From an uncultured Opitutales bacterium (GTDB lineage Bacteria; Verrucomicrobiota; Verrucomicrobiia; Opitutales; Intestinicryptomonadaceae), in contig CAKUIA010000016.1 in the NCBI GenBank assembly GCA_934660865.1, positions 30,001 to 62,000 of the forward strand: DNA of 32,000 nucleotides, given 5' to 3'. Positions within the stretch are counted from its first letter, which is position 1; every line of letters begins with the position of its first letter. Shown piece by piece: positions 1 to 10,199 of the stretch. Made by a program: the position numbers and the translations under genes. Under the pieces are notes generated by a model. That model was not told the origin of the DNA and made no database searches. It saw nothing but the letters and a program-made list of their open reading frames with translations.

Positions 1-495
1 CATGCCCATAACGACAATGTTTTCGAAATCGAAGCCCCTGTTTGCCTCCGAAAACGCGATAAACTGCCCCATAATTTCGGCCAGCGACAAGTTGCGCTTA
101 AAGCCGTTTAAAGTGGAGGCGCAAAATTTGCAGCTTTGCGCGCAGCCCACCTGCGTGCTTACGCAAAGCGTTTTGCGCAAGTCGCCGCTTTCGGGGTCGG
201 GCGCCGTAAGCAAAACCGACTCCACAAAAAAACCGTCGGCCAGCGAAAACAAAAATTTGCCCGCGTCTTTTTTCGATTTTTTGTCGGCAACCAAATGCGC
301 GTCGCTAAAGAAAAAGTTTTCGTTAAGCTTTGCGCGCAGGTCTTTGGGCAGAGCCGACATTTCGTCGAAATCGAATACGAATTTTGTGTAGACAAAATCC
401 CAAATCTGCTTTGCGCGGTATTTGGGCTGCTGCCACTGCAAAATGGTTTGCTCCAGCAATTCAAAGCTTAGCGAGAAAATGCAGGTTTTGCTCAT
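1..495 (-). CDS. rlmN: 23S rRNA (adenine2503-C2)-methyltransferase RlmN, N-terminal 165 codons (partial, runs off the left edge)
   Basis: Absent from the ORF track because no stop lies in the window. The reverse complement of 1..495 is an open frame reading MSKTCIFSLSFELLEQTILQWQQPKYRAKQIWDFVY...TQVGCAQSCKFCAS...NIVVMGM. It carries the RlmN-type N-terminal box (PKYRAKQIW) and a CxxxCxxC radical-SAM motif. The ATG is at 495..493, 3 nt downstream of the stop of the preceding minus-strand gene. Confidence 0.85.
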   Translation of the reverse strand, partial: MSKTCIFSLSFELLEQTILQWQQPKYRAKQIWDFVYTKFVFDFDEMSALPKDLRAKLNENFFFSDAHLVADKKSKKDAGKFLFSLADGFFVESVLLTAPDPESGDLRKTLCVSTQVGCAQSCKFCASTLNGFKRNLSLAEIMGQFIAFSEANRGFDFENIVVMGM

Positions 496-498
496 AGC

Positions 499-729
499 CT
501 ACATTCTGTCGGGGCTTTCGGGCTGCCAGGCGCTTTTTGTGGCCGCCTTGTTGCGCTGCTTTACCCTTTGTATGTATTCGTCCGAATTTTTTGTGTCGCC
601 AGCAATAACCGAGCCTATGGGCGTGTCGCGCGCGTCTCGTTCTATGCCCTCGGTTGCGGCGCAACCCTGCAAAAGCCACATTGTAAACAACGCCGTTAAG
701 GCCGATAAAATTAGCGCAATGTTTTTCAT
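499..729 (-). CDS. small putative lipoprotein (76 aa), function unknown
   Basis: Internal ATG of ORF 499..843. The product starts MKNIALILSALTALFTMWLLQGCAATEG, a hydrophobic signal peptide with a lipobox-like LQGC, followed by a charged tail. It sits tightly between the CNNM-like gene and rlmN. I recognise no homology. Confidence 0.45.
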   Translation of the reverse strand: MKNIALILSALTALFTMWLLQGCAATEGIERDARDTPIGSVIAGDTKNSDEYIQRVKQRNKAATKSAWQPESPDRM

Positions 730-790
730 AATACTTTTTATATCGAAGTTTTCCCCTACTTTTTGAATTTTTCCGGGCTTGTGTTCAAGA

Positions 791-1819
791 CTATTTTTTG
801 CGGCCGCTTTTTTCTCTGGCCAATTCGCGCATATCAACTGCAATGTCGTCTTTCTCGAATATTTCGGAGCCTACAAGCTTTTCGAAAATATCCTCCAAAG
901 TTATCACGCCCGAAAACGCGCCGAATTCGTCTACCGCAATGGCCAGCCTTGAATGCGCCCTAATAAGCTGGCGCAAAACCGAAAGCGCGCTGCCGTTTTC
1001 GGGCACAAACAGCGGCTGCGACATAAATTCGCCCACCAGGTGCGAGTCTTGGTCTTTTGCCTTTGCAAGCATAATGTCTCTGCGGCGCACAATGCCAACT
1101 ATGTTGTCGCGCCACTTGTCGTATATGGGGATTCTCGAAAACGCTATGTCGGAATTTTCCCTGAAAATTTTGCCTATGCTTTCGTTTTTGCCGAACGAAA
1201 GCACAACGGTTCTTGGCGTCATTATTTCGGAAACTGCAACGTCGTCGAGCGTAAGCGCGTTCGACACCAGGTTGCGCTCCTGAATGCTTATAACGCCTTC
1301 CTTTGCGCCTTTTTCGGCAAGCAGAATAATTTCGGAATCGCCCGTTTTCGAAACGTTGCCGTTTTTTGCGAAAAGCGAAACAATTTTCGAGAGCGTTGCC
1401 GAAATCGGTTTCATTACAAGGCATATGGCCGCCAATACGGGTATTAGCGGCACTTGCACGCTTTTGCGGTATATTATGCCGAAGTTTTTCGGCAGAATTT
1501 CGGAAAGCACCAAAATCGAAAGCGTCATTGCGGCGGGGAATATGTAGGAATATAGCCCGCTAGACGGGAACATATTTGCGTATAAAATGCCGGCGGTTGT
1601 CGCCCCGAAAGTGTTGGCTATGGTGTTTAACGCCAATATTGCCGAGCTTGTCTGCCCTATGTTTTTTATGAAATTTTCCAGCATAAGCCCGAGCTTTTTG
1701 CGGCTTTTTTTTAGGGCTTCTATTTCGGCTGCGGTGGTGCTTAAAACCATGGCCTCTATCATAGAGCACAGCGCGGAAACCGCCAAAGTTAAAAATACGG
1801 TAAAAAGAAAGTAAAACAT
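791..1819 (-). CDS. CNNM/TlyC-type 'hemolysin family' membrane protein (DUF21 transmembrane region + CBS pair)
   Basis: 342-aa ORF with a hydrophobic multi-TM N-terminus (MFYFLFTVFLTLAVSALCSMIEAMVLS...). A tandem CBS-like region follows (VSEIMTPRTVV..., VGEFMSQPLFV..., AIAVDEFGAFSGVITLEDIFEKLVG). No CorC/HlyC C-terminal domain is evident. The start lies 4 nt after the uvrA stop. Confidence 0.8.
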   Translation of the reverse strand: MFYFLFTVFLTLAVSALCSMIEAMVLSTTAAEIEALKKSRKKLGLMLENFIKNIGQTSSAILALNTIANTFGATTAGILYANMFPSSGLYSYIFPAAMTLSILVLSEILPKNFGIIYRKSVQVPLIPVLAAICLVMKPISATLSKIVSLFAKNGNVSKTGDSEIILLAEKGAKEGVISIQERNLVSNALTLDDVAVSEIMTPRTVVLSFGKNESIGKIFRENSDIAFSRIPIYDKWRDNIVGIVRRRDIMLAKAKDQDSHLVGEFMSQPLFVPENGSALSVLRQLIRAHSRLAIAVDEFGAFSGVITLEDIFEKLVGSEIFEKDDIAVDMRELAREKSGRKK

Positions 1820-1823
1820 ATGT

Positions 1824-4631
1824 TTATTTTAAAAATTTAGATGTTGCAGTATCCAGCTTTTTAAGGCCGTTGAGCTTGCCCTGATAAAGAATGTAGCCGC
1901 CTTTGTCGCCGCCGCAGGGGCCCAGTTCCACAACATAGTCGGCCATTTTTATAATGTCGCACTGGTGCTCTATTATTATGATTGTATTGCCCAAGTCGCG
2001 CAGTTTAAACAAAAGCTTGGACAGCTTGTCGATGTCCTCGAAATGCAGGCCCGTTGTAGGCTCGTCTAGTATGTAAAGGTTTTTGCCGCGCTGGCGTTTT
2101 GAAAGCTCTAGCGAAAGCTTCATTCTTTGGACTTCGCCGCCCGAAAGCGTGTTCGCCGACTGCCCAAGCTTTACATAGCCAAGCCCGACGTCTTCTAACG
2201 TTTGCAAAATTCTGGATATATTTTCGTGCGCGGAAAAAAAGCTTAAGGCTTCTTCTACGGTAAGGTCTAGCACCTCCGAAATATTAAGCCCCTTGTATTT
2301 TACCTCGAGCGTTTCGCGGTTGTAGCGCTTGCCCATGCAGTTCGGGCACTTTACAAAAACTTCGCCCAAAAACTGCATATCCAAAGCCACAAAGCCGTCG
2401 CCCGAGCAGTGTTCGCACCTGCCGCCCTTAAGGTTAAAGCTGAACCTTGCGGGGGTATAGCCCCTTATTTTTGCCGCGGGCGTCGCCGCAAAAAGCGCGC
2501 GCAGGTGGTCGAATATTTTTGTGTACGTTGCGGGATTCGACCTGGGGCTTTTGCCTATGGGCGACTGGTCTACAACAACGCATTTGTCGAAATTTTCCAG
2601 CCCCGTAATTTTTGCGTGTTTGCCCGCAATGTCTTTGCTGTTGTTAAGTTTCATCGAGGCCGATTTTGCGAGAATGTCGCCAATTAGCGTAGACTTGCCC
2701 GAGCCCGAAACGCCGCATACAACGCTTAGCGCGCCTATGGGGAATTTTGCCTCGATGTTTTTAAGGTTGTGTTCGCAGGCGCCTTTGACGGTTATAAATT
2801 TTGAAAAGTCGCAAAAATCTTTGCTTGGTTTAAGCAGCTTTTTTTGCCCCGATAAATACATTCCCGTAAGGGAATCGGGGCACTTTTGGCAGTTTTCGGG
2901 CGTGCCGCTAAATATGAGGCGCCCGCCTTGTTGGCCCGCAAGCGGGCCCAGCTCTATAATGTTGTCGGCGTTGCGCATTGCGTATTCGTCGTGCTCTACA
3001 ACAACAAGCGTGTTGCCCAAATCGCGCAGGTCTTTAAGCGACTTTATCAAAGCTTCGTTGTCGGCGGGGTGAAGTCCTATGCTGGGCTCGTCCAATATGA
3101 ATGTTACACCCACCAAGCCCAGTCCGAATTGCGTTGCAAGCCTTACCCTTTCTTCTTCGCCGCCCGACAGCGTGGAAAATTCCCTGTTTAGCGCAAGGTA
3201 CGAAAGGGCGGTTTTTTGCAGAAATTCCAGACGCGAAATCACGGCTTTTACGGCGTCGGCAACGCATTTGTATTTTTCGCAATTCAGCGTTTTTACAAAC
3301 GCCAATGCGTCGCCGACCGTCATAGCCATAAATTTGTCGAAAGACACGTTTTCGACAAAAACGTTTCTTGCCCTTTGCGACAGCCTAGACCCCCCGCATT
3401 CGGGGCAGGGCTGCGAAACCTGGTACGCCATTAGCCTTAGGCGCAGATTGTCGCTTGTAGTGTGGGCTGCAATGCGCTTTAGCATCGGCAAAAATCCCTC
3501 GAAAGGCTTTAAAACCGGCTTTACGTTGCCAGGCCTGGGCTTAAGCAAAAACAGGCGTTTTTCGTCGCCGTATAAAACAAGGTTTTTTTCGGTTTTCGAA
3601 AGTTCGCGCCAGGGCTTTTCCAAGTCTACGGCTCCCTGCTGGGCAAGCTGCCTAAGCAGTGCGCGGTTGCGTATAATCATAGACTTCGGGCCCGTTCTAA
3701 TCGCCTTAATCGCTCCCTGCTTTATGCTTAGCGAGCTGTCGGGAACAACAAGCTCTTCCTTAAACACCATAACCGAGCCTATGCCTTCGCAAACGGGGCA
3801 GGCTCCCTCGGGGTGGTTGTGCGAAAAAAGCCTTACGGAAATCGGGTTGTATATTTGCCCGCACTTTTCGCAGCAAAGCTTGTTGCTTAAAGTTAGCTCT
3901 TTATACGAGCCGTCGTCGCATTCGTGCAGGATTTTCGCAAACGAATTTCCCTCTTTAAACGCAAGCTCGGTAGAGTCGGCAATGCGGCCGCGGTCTTCGG
4001 GGTCGGCAACAAGCCTGTCTACTACAATGTCTATTTCAACCGTGCCCTTTGTGGGCAGTTTTATTTCGTCTATTTCCGAAATTTCGCCGTTAATGCGCAG
4101 CCTTTGCCAGCCGTTTTGTGCAAGCTCTTTAACAGTTTCCCTTGCAAGCGATGCCCTGCATGTGTGCTTGTGCGCAAGTATGTATATTTTTTTGCCGTTA
4201 AATTTAAGGATTTCATCTATGCACTCGTCGGTTGTGCGGCTTTTTATAAGCCCGCCGCAAGCGGGGCAAACTTGCGTGCCTACAACGCTCCAAATAATCC
4301 TTGCATAGTCGGCAATTTCGGTGGAGGTTGCAACCGTGCTTCTGGGCGACGAGTTTACCGGATTTTGCTCTATTGCTATTACAGGCGAAAGCGACTTTAT
4401 GTAGTCTACGTCGGGCTTGCCTATTTGCTCGAGCATTTTTCTTGCCGAAACCGAAAGGCTTTCCATATACATTCGGTAGCCCTCGGCGTAGAGGGTGTCG
4501 AATGCCAGCGAAGATTTGCCCGAACCCGAAACGCCCGTTATAACCGTAAATTTGTTTCGCGGAATGTTTACCGAAACGTTCTTTAGATTGTGTTCGCGCG
4601 CGTTGCCTATTTCTATAAAATCGGAGCTCAT
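1824..4631 (-). CDS. uvrA: excinuclease ABC subunit A
   Basis: 935 aa. N-terminus [18 protein letters not shown]. Two ABC modules, each with Walker A GVSGSGKS(S/T) and an LSGGE signature. CxxC zinc-finger pairs are present. Length and layout are typical of UvrA. Confidence 0.97.
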   Translation of the reverse strand: MSSDFIEIGNAREHNLKNVSVNIPRNKFTVITGVSGSGKSSLAFDTLYAEGYRMYMESLSVSARKMLEQIGKPDVDYIKSLSPVIAIEQNPVNSSPRSTVATSTEIADYARIIWSVVGTQVCPACGGLIKSRTTDECIDEILKFNGKKIYILAHKHTCRASLARETVKELAQNGWQRLRINGEISEIDEIKLPTKGTVEIDIVVDRLVADPEDRGRIADSTELAFKEGNSFAKILHECDDGSYKELTLSNKLCCEKCGQIYNPISVRLFSHNHPEGACPVCEGIGSVMVFKEELVVPDSSLSIKQGAIKAIRTGPKSMIIRNRALLRQLAQQGAVDLEKPWRELSKTEKNLVLYGDEKRLFLLKPRPGNVKPVLKPFEGFLPMLKRIAAHTTSDNLRLRLMAYQVSQPCPECGGSRLSQRARNVFVENVSFDKFMAMTVGDALAFVKTLNCEKYKCVADAVKAVISRLEFLQKTALSYLALNREFSTLSGGEEERVRLATQFGLGLVGVTFILDEPSIGLHPADNEALIKSLKDLRDLGNTLVVVEHDEYAMRNADNIIELGPLAGQQGGRLIFSGTPENCQKCPDSLTGMYLSGQKKLLKPSKDFCDFSKFITVKGACEHNLKNIEAKFPIGALSVVCGVSGSGKSTLIGDILAKSASMKLNNSKDIAGKHAKITGLENFDKCVVVDQSPIGKSPRSNPATYTKIFDHLRALFAATPAAKIRGYTPARFSFNLKGGRCEHCSGDGFVALDMQFLGEVFVKCPNCMGKRYNRETLEVKYKGLNISEVLDLTVEEALSFFSAHENISRILQTLEDVGLGYVKLGQSANTLSGGEVQRMKLSLELSKRQRGKNLYILDEPTTGLHFEDIDKLSKLLFKLRDLGNTIIIIEHQCDIIKMADYVVELGPCGGDKGGYILYQGKLNGLKKLDTATSKFLK

Positions 4632-4702
4632 TTTTTATTGTAAGCGATTATTTACCGCCTTTATCCAATCTCAACAATAAATTTCGGCGTATTTGCGCGT
4701 TT

Positions 4703-4728
4703 GCAAAGTTTTTTGTCCCAAACTTTGC
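4703..4728. promoter_or_regulatory. perfect 8-bp inverted repeat GCAAAGTT-N10-AACTTTGC in the uvrA/ilvB divergent intergenic region
   Basis: Read directly from the sequence: 4703..4710 is the reverse complement of 4721..4728. It lies 75 nt upstream of the ilvB ATG. The function (operator or leader hairpin) is unknown. Confidence 0.3.
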
Positions 4729-4802
4729 CGATTTGCCGCGCATTTGCCCTAAAAAAAGAGTTGAAACAATTTTGTAAGGGGTTATCTTTTTCGGGTAATA
4801 TT

Positions 4803-6614
4803 ATGACAAAAAAGACTCCAAAACCCTCGGCCAACCTAATGAAGGGTGCCGATATTATCGTAAAATGTCTTGAAAATGCGAATGTAGACGTAATGTTCGC
4901 ATATCCCGGCGGGCAGTCTATAGACATGCACAACGCCCTTACACGCTCGAAGAAAATCAGGGTGGTGCTTCCGCGTCATGAACAAGGTTGCGGCTTTATG
5001 GCGCAAGGCTATGCAAGGGCCACCGGCAAAACGGGAGTTTGCATGGCGACAAGCGGCCCGGGGGCAATGAATATGATAACCTCGATTGCCGACGCCTTTA
5101 TGGACAGCATTCCGCTGGTTGCGATAACGGGGCAGGTGTTCCAGTCGTTCATAGGCAAAACGGCCTTTCAGGAAACCGACGTATTCGGCATGACGCTTCC
5201 CATTGTAAAGCACAGCTATTTGGTGCTCGACGCAAAAGACTTGCCGAGAATCTTTAAAGAGGCGTTCTTCCTTGCCAGAAGCGGAAGGCCTGGCCCCGTT
5301 GTAATCGACATTCCCAAAGACGTACAGCAGGCCATGGTTGTTCCCAATTTCGACGACAAGATAGACCTGCCCGGCGTAGAGGAAGTGCCGCAGGCAAAAG
5401 ACGAAGACTTGTCGGCCCTGCTAAAGCTTATAGAAAACGCGAAAAAGCCCGTAATAATTTCGGGCGGCGGCGTTATAAATGCCGAAGCTTCGAAAGAGCT
5501 CGACGAATTTTCGAAAATCACGGGCGTTCCCGTTGCCACAACCCTTATGGGCATAGGCGCGGTAGACCCGCTCGAAAAGAAAAACCTCTACTGGCTGGGT
5601 ATGCACGGAACATACGTTGCAAACACCGCCGTATGCAATTCCGACCTGCTTATAGCCGTAGGCTCGCGCTTTTCCGACAGAATTACGGGAGTAATTTCGA
5701 AATTTGCGCCCGACGCAAAAGTTGTGCATATCGACATAGACGCGGCCGAGCTTAACAAAAACATAAAGAGTATTCTGCCCATAAATTCCGACGTAAAATT
5801 TGCGCTTAAAAGGCTTTTGGTTTTGGCCAAAAAGTCGTTTAAAAAGCCGGATTTGGGCGAATGGCTAAAGGACATTTGCAAGTGGAAGGCGCAATACCCG
5901 TATCCCTTCTCGACAAACATAAGGAAAGACGAAATTACAACCTGCGAAGCCGTTAAGGTTTTAGACGAAGTTTCGAAGGGCGACGTTGTTGTTACGACGG
6001 GCGTCGGCCAGCACCAGATGTGGACGCCCCAAAACTTTGTGTTCAACAAACCCCGCCAGCTGCTTAGCTCGCTGGGCGCGGGCACAATGGGCTTCGGGCT
6101 GCCGGCCGCAATAGGCGCAAAAATTGCAATGCCGCAAAAAACGGTTGTCGACATAGACGGCGACGGATCTTTCCAAATGAACATTCAGGAAATGGCCACT
6201 GCCGCCTGCGAAAATGTTCCCGTAAAGGTAATGCTTATGAACAACCAGTTCCTCGGCATGGTTATGCAGTGGGAGGATATGCTTTACGGCGGCGTTCGCG
6301 GAAATACGGTGTTGTCGAAAGACAAGAACAATTTGGCGGGGCCAAAAAACGTTTCGGCCTTGTACCCCGACTATGTGCGCATTGCCGAGGGCTACGACTG
6401 GAAAGCAAAGCGCATATACAAGCGCGAAGACTTAAAACCCGCAATAATTGAAATGCTAAAGAGCAAAGAACCCTATTTGCTTGAAATTGTAACCCCCGCC
6501 GACGAGCACGTTTTGCCCTTCATACCCCCGGGCAAAAGCGCGCACGAAATTATAGTAGACTGCGCCGGTTGCAAAAAATGCGACAGGGCTTTCGAGAAAA
6601 AACAGGACAAATAG
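4803..6614 (+). CDS. ilvB: acetolactate synthase (acetohydroxy-acid synthase) large subunit, ThDP-dependent
   Basis: The ORF-track start at 4701 is TTG. The first ATG at 4803 gives [37 protein letters not shown], which matches family N-termini. Other motifs: [27 protein letters not shown] and the ThDP motif GDGSFQMN. No small-subunit gene (ilvN/ilvH) follows. Confidence 0.88.
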   Translation: MTKKTPKPSANLMKGADIIVKCLENANVDVMFAYPGGQSIDMHNALTRSKKIRVVLPRHEQGCGFMAQGYARATGKTGVCMATSGPGAMNMITSIADAFMDSIPLVAITGQVFQSFIGKTAFQETDVFGMTLPIVKHSYLVLDAKDLPRIFKEAFFLARSGRPGPVVIDIPKDVQQAMVVPNFDDKIDLPGVEEVPQAKDEDLSALLKLIENAKKPVIISGGGVINAEASKELDEFSKITGVPVATTLMGIGAVDPLEKKNLYWLGMHGTYVANTAVCNSDLLIAVGSRFSDRITGVISKFAPDAKVVHIDIDAAELNKNIKSILPINSDVKFALKRLLVLAKKSFKKPDLGEWLKDICKWKAQYPYPFSTNIRKDEITTCEAVKVLDEVSKGDVVVTTGVGQHQMWTPQNFVFNKPRQLLSSLGAGTMGFGLPAAIGAKIAMPQKTVVDIDGDGSFQMNIQEMATAACENVPVKVMLMNNQFLGMVMQWEDMLYGGVRGNTVLSKDKNNLAGPKNVSALYPDYVRIAEGYDWKAKRIYKREDLKPAIIEMLKSKEPYLLEIVTPADEHVLPFIPPGKSAHEIIVDCAGCKKCDRAFEKKQDK

Positions 6615-6625
6615 AAAGTTTTATT

Positions 6626-7102
6626 ATGGCAGACACATTTGTAGTTTTCAACACGCGCTACGGCGACATAAAACTCAGGCTTTTTACCGACAAGGCCCCC
6701 AAAACTTGCGAAAACTTTTTGGGGCTTGTAAAAAAAGGCTATTACGACGGCATAATTTTCCACCGCGTAATTAAAGATTTTATGATTCAGGGCGGAGACC
6801 CGACCGGCACGGGTCGCGGCGGCGAATCCATTTGGGGCAAACCCTTTGCCGACGAATTTTCAGCAGACTTGGCGTTCGACAAAGCGGGCTTGCTTGCAAT
6901 GGCAAACGCGGGCCCGAACACCAACGGCAGCCAGTTTTTCATAACAACGGTCGAAACCCCGTGGCTTACAAACCACCATACAATTTTCGGCGAAGTTGCC
7001 GAAGGCTACGACATTGTCCAGAAAATAGAAAACTGCCGCACGGGTTTTATGGACAAGCCTTTGGAAGAGCAGAAAATTATTTCGGCAAAGGTTGTAGAAT
7101 AA
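6626..7102 (+). CDS. ppiB: cyclophilin-type peptidyl-prolyl cis-trans isomerase
   Basis: The ATG at 6626 gives [20 protein letters not shown] (the track start at 6569 is TTG). Motifs: [19 protein letters not shown] and [10 protein letters not shown]. 158 aa with no signal peptide. Confidence 0.9.
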   Translation: MADTFVVFNTRYGDIKLRLFTDKAPKTCENFLGLVKKGYYDGIIFHRVIKDFMIQGGDPTGTGRGGESIWGKPFADEFSADLAFDKAGLLAMANAGPNTNGSQFFITTVETPWLTNHHTIFGEVAEGYDIVQKIENCRTGFMDKPLEEQKIISAKVVE

Positions 7103-7120
7103 GGACTGCGGCCGATTCAA

Positions 7121-7161
7121 AAAAAACAAAAAACGCGCTCAGTTAAGAACGCGTTTTTTTT
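7121..7161. terminator. bidirectional rho-independent terminator between the cyclophilin gene (+) and rsfS (-)
   Basis: Stem AAACGCG (7131..7137) pairs with CGCGTTT (7150..7156). It is flanked by an A-run on the left and an 8-T run (7154..7161) on the right, between convergent genes. Confidence 0.6.
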
Positions 7162-7183
7162 GTGCCGTTTTTGCCCGCAGGTT

Positions 7184-7558
7184 TTATTCTTTTTTGTCGA
7201 GAAACGACAAGTCCATTTCGGGCGCGTCTTTCCACAAAGATTCTATGGCGTATGTTCCCCTTTGCGTTTCCAAAAATATGTGCGCCATAAAGTCGAAGGC
7301 GTCTACAACCAGCCAGCCGCTGTTGGGCGCAAAGTCGCGGCCTACGGTTTTAATTTTAAGCTCCTTTAAAATTTTTTCTATTTCGCCCGCCAAAGCCTTC
7401 ATGTGCGGTTCCGAATTTGCCGTGGCTATTATATAGAAATTCGTTATGGGCGACTTTCCGCGCATATCCAAAACCTTAAGGCTTATCGCCTTTTTGTCGT
7501 CAAGCGCTTTGGCGCATTTTTTTACTATTTCAACCGTGGTGTTGTCGTCTTGTATCAT
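7184..7558 (-). CDS. rsfS: ribosome silencing factor RsfS (IojAP family)
   Basis: 124 aa with family-typical size and sequence (...ISLKVLDMRGKSPITNFYIIATANSEPHMKALAGEI...WLVVDAFDFMAHIF). Its start overlaps the nadD stop by 4 nt (ATGA). The nadD-rsfS pairing is widely conserved. Confidence 0.88.
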   Translation of the reverse strand: MIQDDNTTVEIVKKCAKALDDKKAISLKVLDMRGKSPITNFYIIATANSEPHMKALAGEIEKILKELKIKTVGRDFAPNSGWLVVDAFDFMAHIFLETQRGTYAIESLWKDAPEMDLSFLDKKE

Positions 7559-8154
7559 TTATATAACTTTCTGCTTTCAATATAAGAGATTACTTTTTCG
7601 GGAAGTTCAAGGTTTAAAGGCTGCAAATTTTTAATCTTATTCCTTATTTCGGTAGAGCTTATTTGTATTGCATGCCACTGCACTTTTTCGATGTTTGCAA
7701 TGCCGTTTAACGCCGCGTTCTCCGTCGACGGGTATCCTTTCCTTTCGAAAACGGCAAACGAGACGATTTTGCAAAGCTCTTTTATTTTATACCATCTGTC
7801 GAGCTGGCGGTATTGGTCTTGGCCTATAATCCAGTAGAATTTTGCGCAGGGGTACTGTTTTTTTAAATACTTTGCGGTGTCTATCGAGTAGCTCGGTACT
7901 TTTTCGCTGGAAATTTCGTAGCCGCAAATTTCGCTTTTAAAGGGCGCGTTTTTCAGGGCAAGTTCAAGCATTTGCAGGCGGTCTTTGTCGGAGGCTGCCG
8001 GCGAAAACATCTTAAGCGGGCTGCGCTTTGACGGCATAAAAACAACCCTGTCTAAAGCGAGCTTTTCGAACGCCGTTTTTGCCAGCTGCAAATGCCCGAA
8101 ATGGACGGGGTCGAACGCTCCGCCCATAATGCCTATGCGCACAGAATTTTCCAT
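7555..8154 (-). CDS. nadD: nicotinate-nucleotide adenylyltransferase
   Basis: Motif RIGIMGGAFDPVHFGH (the (T/H)xGH nucleotidyltransferase motif) and an ISSTEIR C-terminal motif. The track start at 8166 is TTG and overlaps pdxH. I prefer the ATG at 8154..8152 (MENSVRIGIMGG), 1 nt after the pdxH stop. Confidence 0.88.
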   Translation of the reverse strand: MENSVRIGIMGGAFDPVHFGHLQLAKTAFEKLALDRVVFMPSKRSPLKMFSPAASDKDRLQMLELALKNAPFKSEICGYEISSEKVPSYSIDTAKYLKKQYPCAKFYWIIGQDQYRQLDRWYKIKELCKIVSFAVFERKGYPSTENAALNGIANIEKVQWHAIQISSTEIRNKIKNLQPLNLELPEKVISYIESRKLYK

Positions 8155-8155
8155 G

Positions 8156-8794
8156 CTACGGGGCAAGCCTTGAAATTTCCCACTTGCCGTCTTTAAAGTC
8201 GTGGTACTTAAAGCGGTCGTGCAGCCTGCTCGGTCGGCCCTGCCAAAATTCGAAAGACGCGGGCTTAATTACATAGCCGCCCCAGTGGTCGGGCAGGGGA
8301 ACTTTGCCGTCGGCAAACTTGCGCTTCATTTCGTCGAATTTCATCTCCAAAATTTTGCGCGATGTTATTATATGGCTTTGGTTCGAAACCCACGCGCCAA
8401 GCCTGCTCGAAAATGGGCGCGACAAAAAATACTTTAGAGAGCGGGCTGTGGAAATCTTTTCTGCAACGCCGCTTATCCTTACTTGCCTTTCCAAAAACAG
8501 CCATAAAAAGTTTGCGCAAATATGCGGGTTTTCGCCCAAATCGTGCGCCTTTTGGCTTTCGTAGTTGGTAAAAAACACAAAGCCCTCTTCGTCGTACGCC
8601 TTAAGCAAAACCGTTCTAAGCGAGGGCTCGCCGTTTGCGTTTACGGTTGCAATCTGCATTGCGTTGGGCTCGTCTACCTTGCAGTTTTGCGCCTCTTTAA
8701 ACCATTTGTCGAACTGTTTAAAGGGGTTGTCGTCTAAAAGTTCGCGGGTCAGCCCAAACTTGCAATAGTCGTGTCGTAAATCCGATAAATCCAT
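8156..8794 (-). CDS. pdxH: pyridoxamine 5'-phosphate oxidase
   Basis: 212 aa. Matches include MDLSDLRHDY...NPF.QF..WF, NAMQIATV...GEPSLRTVLLK and the C-terminal WGGYVIKPASFEFWQGRPSRLHDRF.Y, all typical of PdxH. Confidence 0.92.
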   Translation of the reverse strand: MDLSDLRHDYCKFGLTRELLDDNPFKQFDKWFKEAQNCKVDEPNAMQIATVNANGEPSLRTVLLKAYDEEGFVFFTNYESQKAHDLGENPHICANFLWLFLERQVRISGVAEKISTARSLKYFLSRPFSSRLGAWVSNQSHIITSRKILEMKFDEMKRKFADGKVPLPDHWGGYVIKPASFEFWQGRPSRLHDRFKYHDFKDGKWEISRLAP

Positions 8795-8795
8795 T

Positions 8796-10184
8796 TTAGT
8801 TTAAAAGCTCCTTTAGTGTTTTTGTGGCGTTGGTTGTAGATGCAAAATCCCTGTAGGCCTGTATTGCCTTGCCGACAATGGCCTCGTTGTTGGAAAGGTC
8901 GGCCCCGAGCAGGTGGTCGGCATCGTCCGAGTCGAGCAGCTCGAAGAATCTTGTAAGGGTTATTTCGTCGGGCGCAATCGAGGGCTTATATATTGTCTGC
9001 TGGTTGTCTTTGCTTAAATCCTCGGTTTCGCAGATAATATTTTTCAGCAAAAGCAGGTTAACGCAGCTTTTTACAATGGGCTTTGGCACGTTGCTTAGCG
9101 ACTTTGCAATGCCGTCGAATTGCGGGGCGGCTTGCCCGTTGTAAAACGGCTTTGCTATTTTTGCAAACACGGCCAAACAAATCAAATCGCGCGAGCGGTT
9201 TGTAACCTTTTCCCACATAAACTTGCTTGAAATCCAGTCCATGTTCTGCACGGCGTACGAAACCTGCGCGCCTACAAGCACAAACAGCCAAAACACATAA
9301 AGGCTGAAAAGCGCTATGGGCAAAATCGCCAAATATCCGTAAAAGTTTTGGTTTTTAACTATTGTGCTTATGTATATAAACGACATCTTGTTGTTTGCAA
9401 TAAGCGCCAATGTTGCAACAACGCCGCCGCAAAAAGCGGGCAGCCATTTTACGTATGTAAAGGGCAAAAATTTGTATACGCATGTAAAAAGCACTGCAAT
9501 GGAGCCGAAGCCCACAAGGTATGTCCCGCCCGATGCAAAGTAGTTGAAATAGGGAACGTTTTTAAAGAACGACGAAAGCTGCGAGCTTGCCAAAAAGGTC
9601 ATTCCGAAAATGCCCAGCGCCGAGCCCAAACTTATAAGCGCCCAGTAAAACGCTATTCTGTTTACCCATTTGCGGCCTTTTTTAACGCCCCAAATTTGGT
9701 TGAAAGTGTTTTCCATTGTAACGCAAAGCAGAATGCAGGTAACGACGGTTGCAAGCGTTCCTATCACGCCCGACTTTGCGCCCGATTTCGAAATTTTGCT
9801 TATGAACGCCGTAATTTTCGGGTTAATCGGGTTTGCCGAATCCATCTCGTTCATTTGGCCGATTGCGGGCATTGCGAATGTTATTGTGTTTGTTATTTGC
9901 TCGCATATAAAGTGCTCGCCCTTGTCGCGCAAAAACACGCTCGAAGTAAGTATTATAAGCGAAATAAGCGGGCCTATGGCCAAAAGCGACGTGTACGAAA
10001 GCGCCGAGGCCTTGCTTGGCACATTGTTGTTTTTTACGCCCAAAACGGTGGTGTATAAAACCCTTAAAATGGCTACAAGGCGCGCCTTGCCTTTCGACAA
10101 ATCGCTTAGGCTAACAGCCCACATATCCGAGCTGATGAACGAGAAAATCCTTTTTAATACGGTTTGTTTTTCGCTGTTTTGCAT
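8796..10184 (-). CDS. YihY/BrkB-family inner-membrane protein with a soluble C-terminal extension of about 150 aa
   Basis: 462 aa. The N-terminal region (...ARLVAILRVLYTTVLGVKNNNVPSKASALSYTSLLAIGPLISL...) and about 6 hydrophobic segments match the YihY (formerly 'RNase BN') family pattern. The C-terminal third is hydrophilic. Confidence 0.75.
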   Translation of the reverse strand: MQNSEKQTVLKRIFSFISSDMWAVSLSDLSKGKARLVAILRVLYTTVLGVKNNNVPSKASALSYTSLLAIGPLISLIILTSSVFLRDKGEHFICEQITNTITFAMPAIGQMNEMDSANPINPKITAFISKISKSGAKSGVIGTLATVVTCILLCVTMENTFNQIWGVKKGRKWVNRIAFYWALISLGSALGIFGMTFLASSQLSSFFKNVPYFNYFASGGTYLVGFGSIAVLFTCVYKFLPFTYVKWLPAFCGGVVATLALIANNKMSFIYISTIVKNQNFYGYLAILPIALFSLYVFWLFVLVGAQVSYAVQNMDWISSKFMWEKVTNRSRDLICLAVFAKIAKPFYNGQAAPQFDGIAKSLSNVPKPIVKSCVNLLLLKNIICETEDLSKDNQQTIYKPSIAPDEITLTRFFELLDSDDADHLLGADLSNNEAIVGKAIQAYRDFASTTNATKTLKELLN

Positions 10185-10199
10185 GGTGCTGTTTTCCTG

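Noticed and set aside
2-471. Track ORFs 2..391(+), 136..471(+) and 159..464(-)
   Set aside because: All are alternative frames of the rlmN fragment, which carries diagnostic motifs. None looks protein-like.
3079-4308. 409-aa plus-strand ORF (and 3924..4586, 2521..3072) antisense to uvrA
   Set aside because: These are shadow frames of a strongly conserved gene. They have Ser/Phe/Cys-rich low-complexity composition and no independent signals. UvrA is intact on the opposite strand.
4701-4802. N-terminal extensions in the ORF track from TTG/GTG or upstream ATG starts: ilvB 4701, cyclophilin 6569, nadD 8166, ndk 11115, fabG 12142, FKBP 14395, xseB 22775, phosphorylase 22873, the 27469 ORF and lipoprotein 843
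   Set aside because: Family N-termini and signal peptides align with downstream ATGs. Several of the extensions overlap neighbouring genes or run through AT-rich promoter-like DNA. Starts remain somewhat uncertain because SD sequences are mostly absent.
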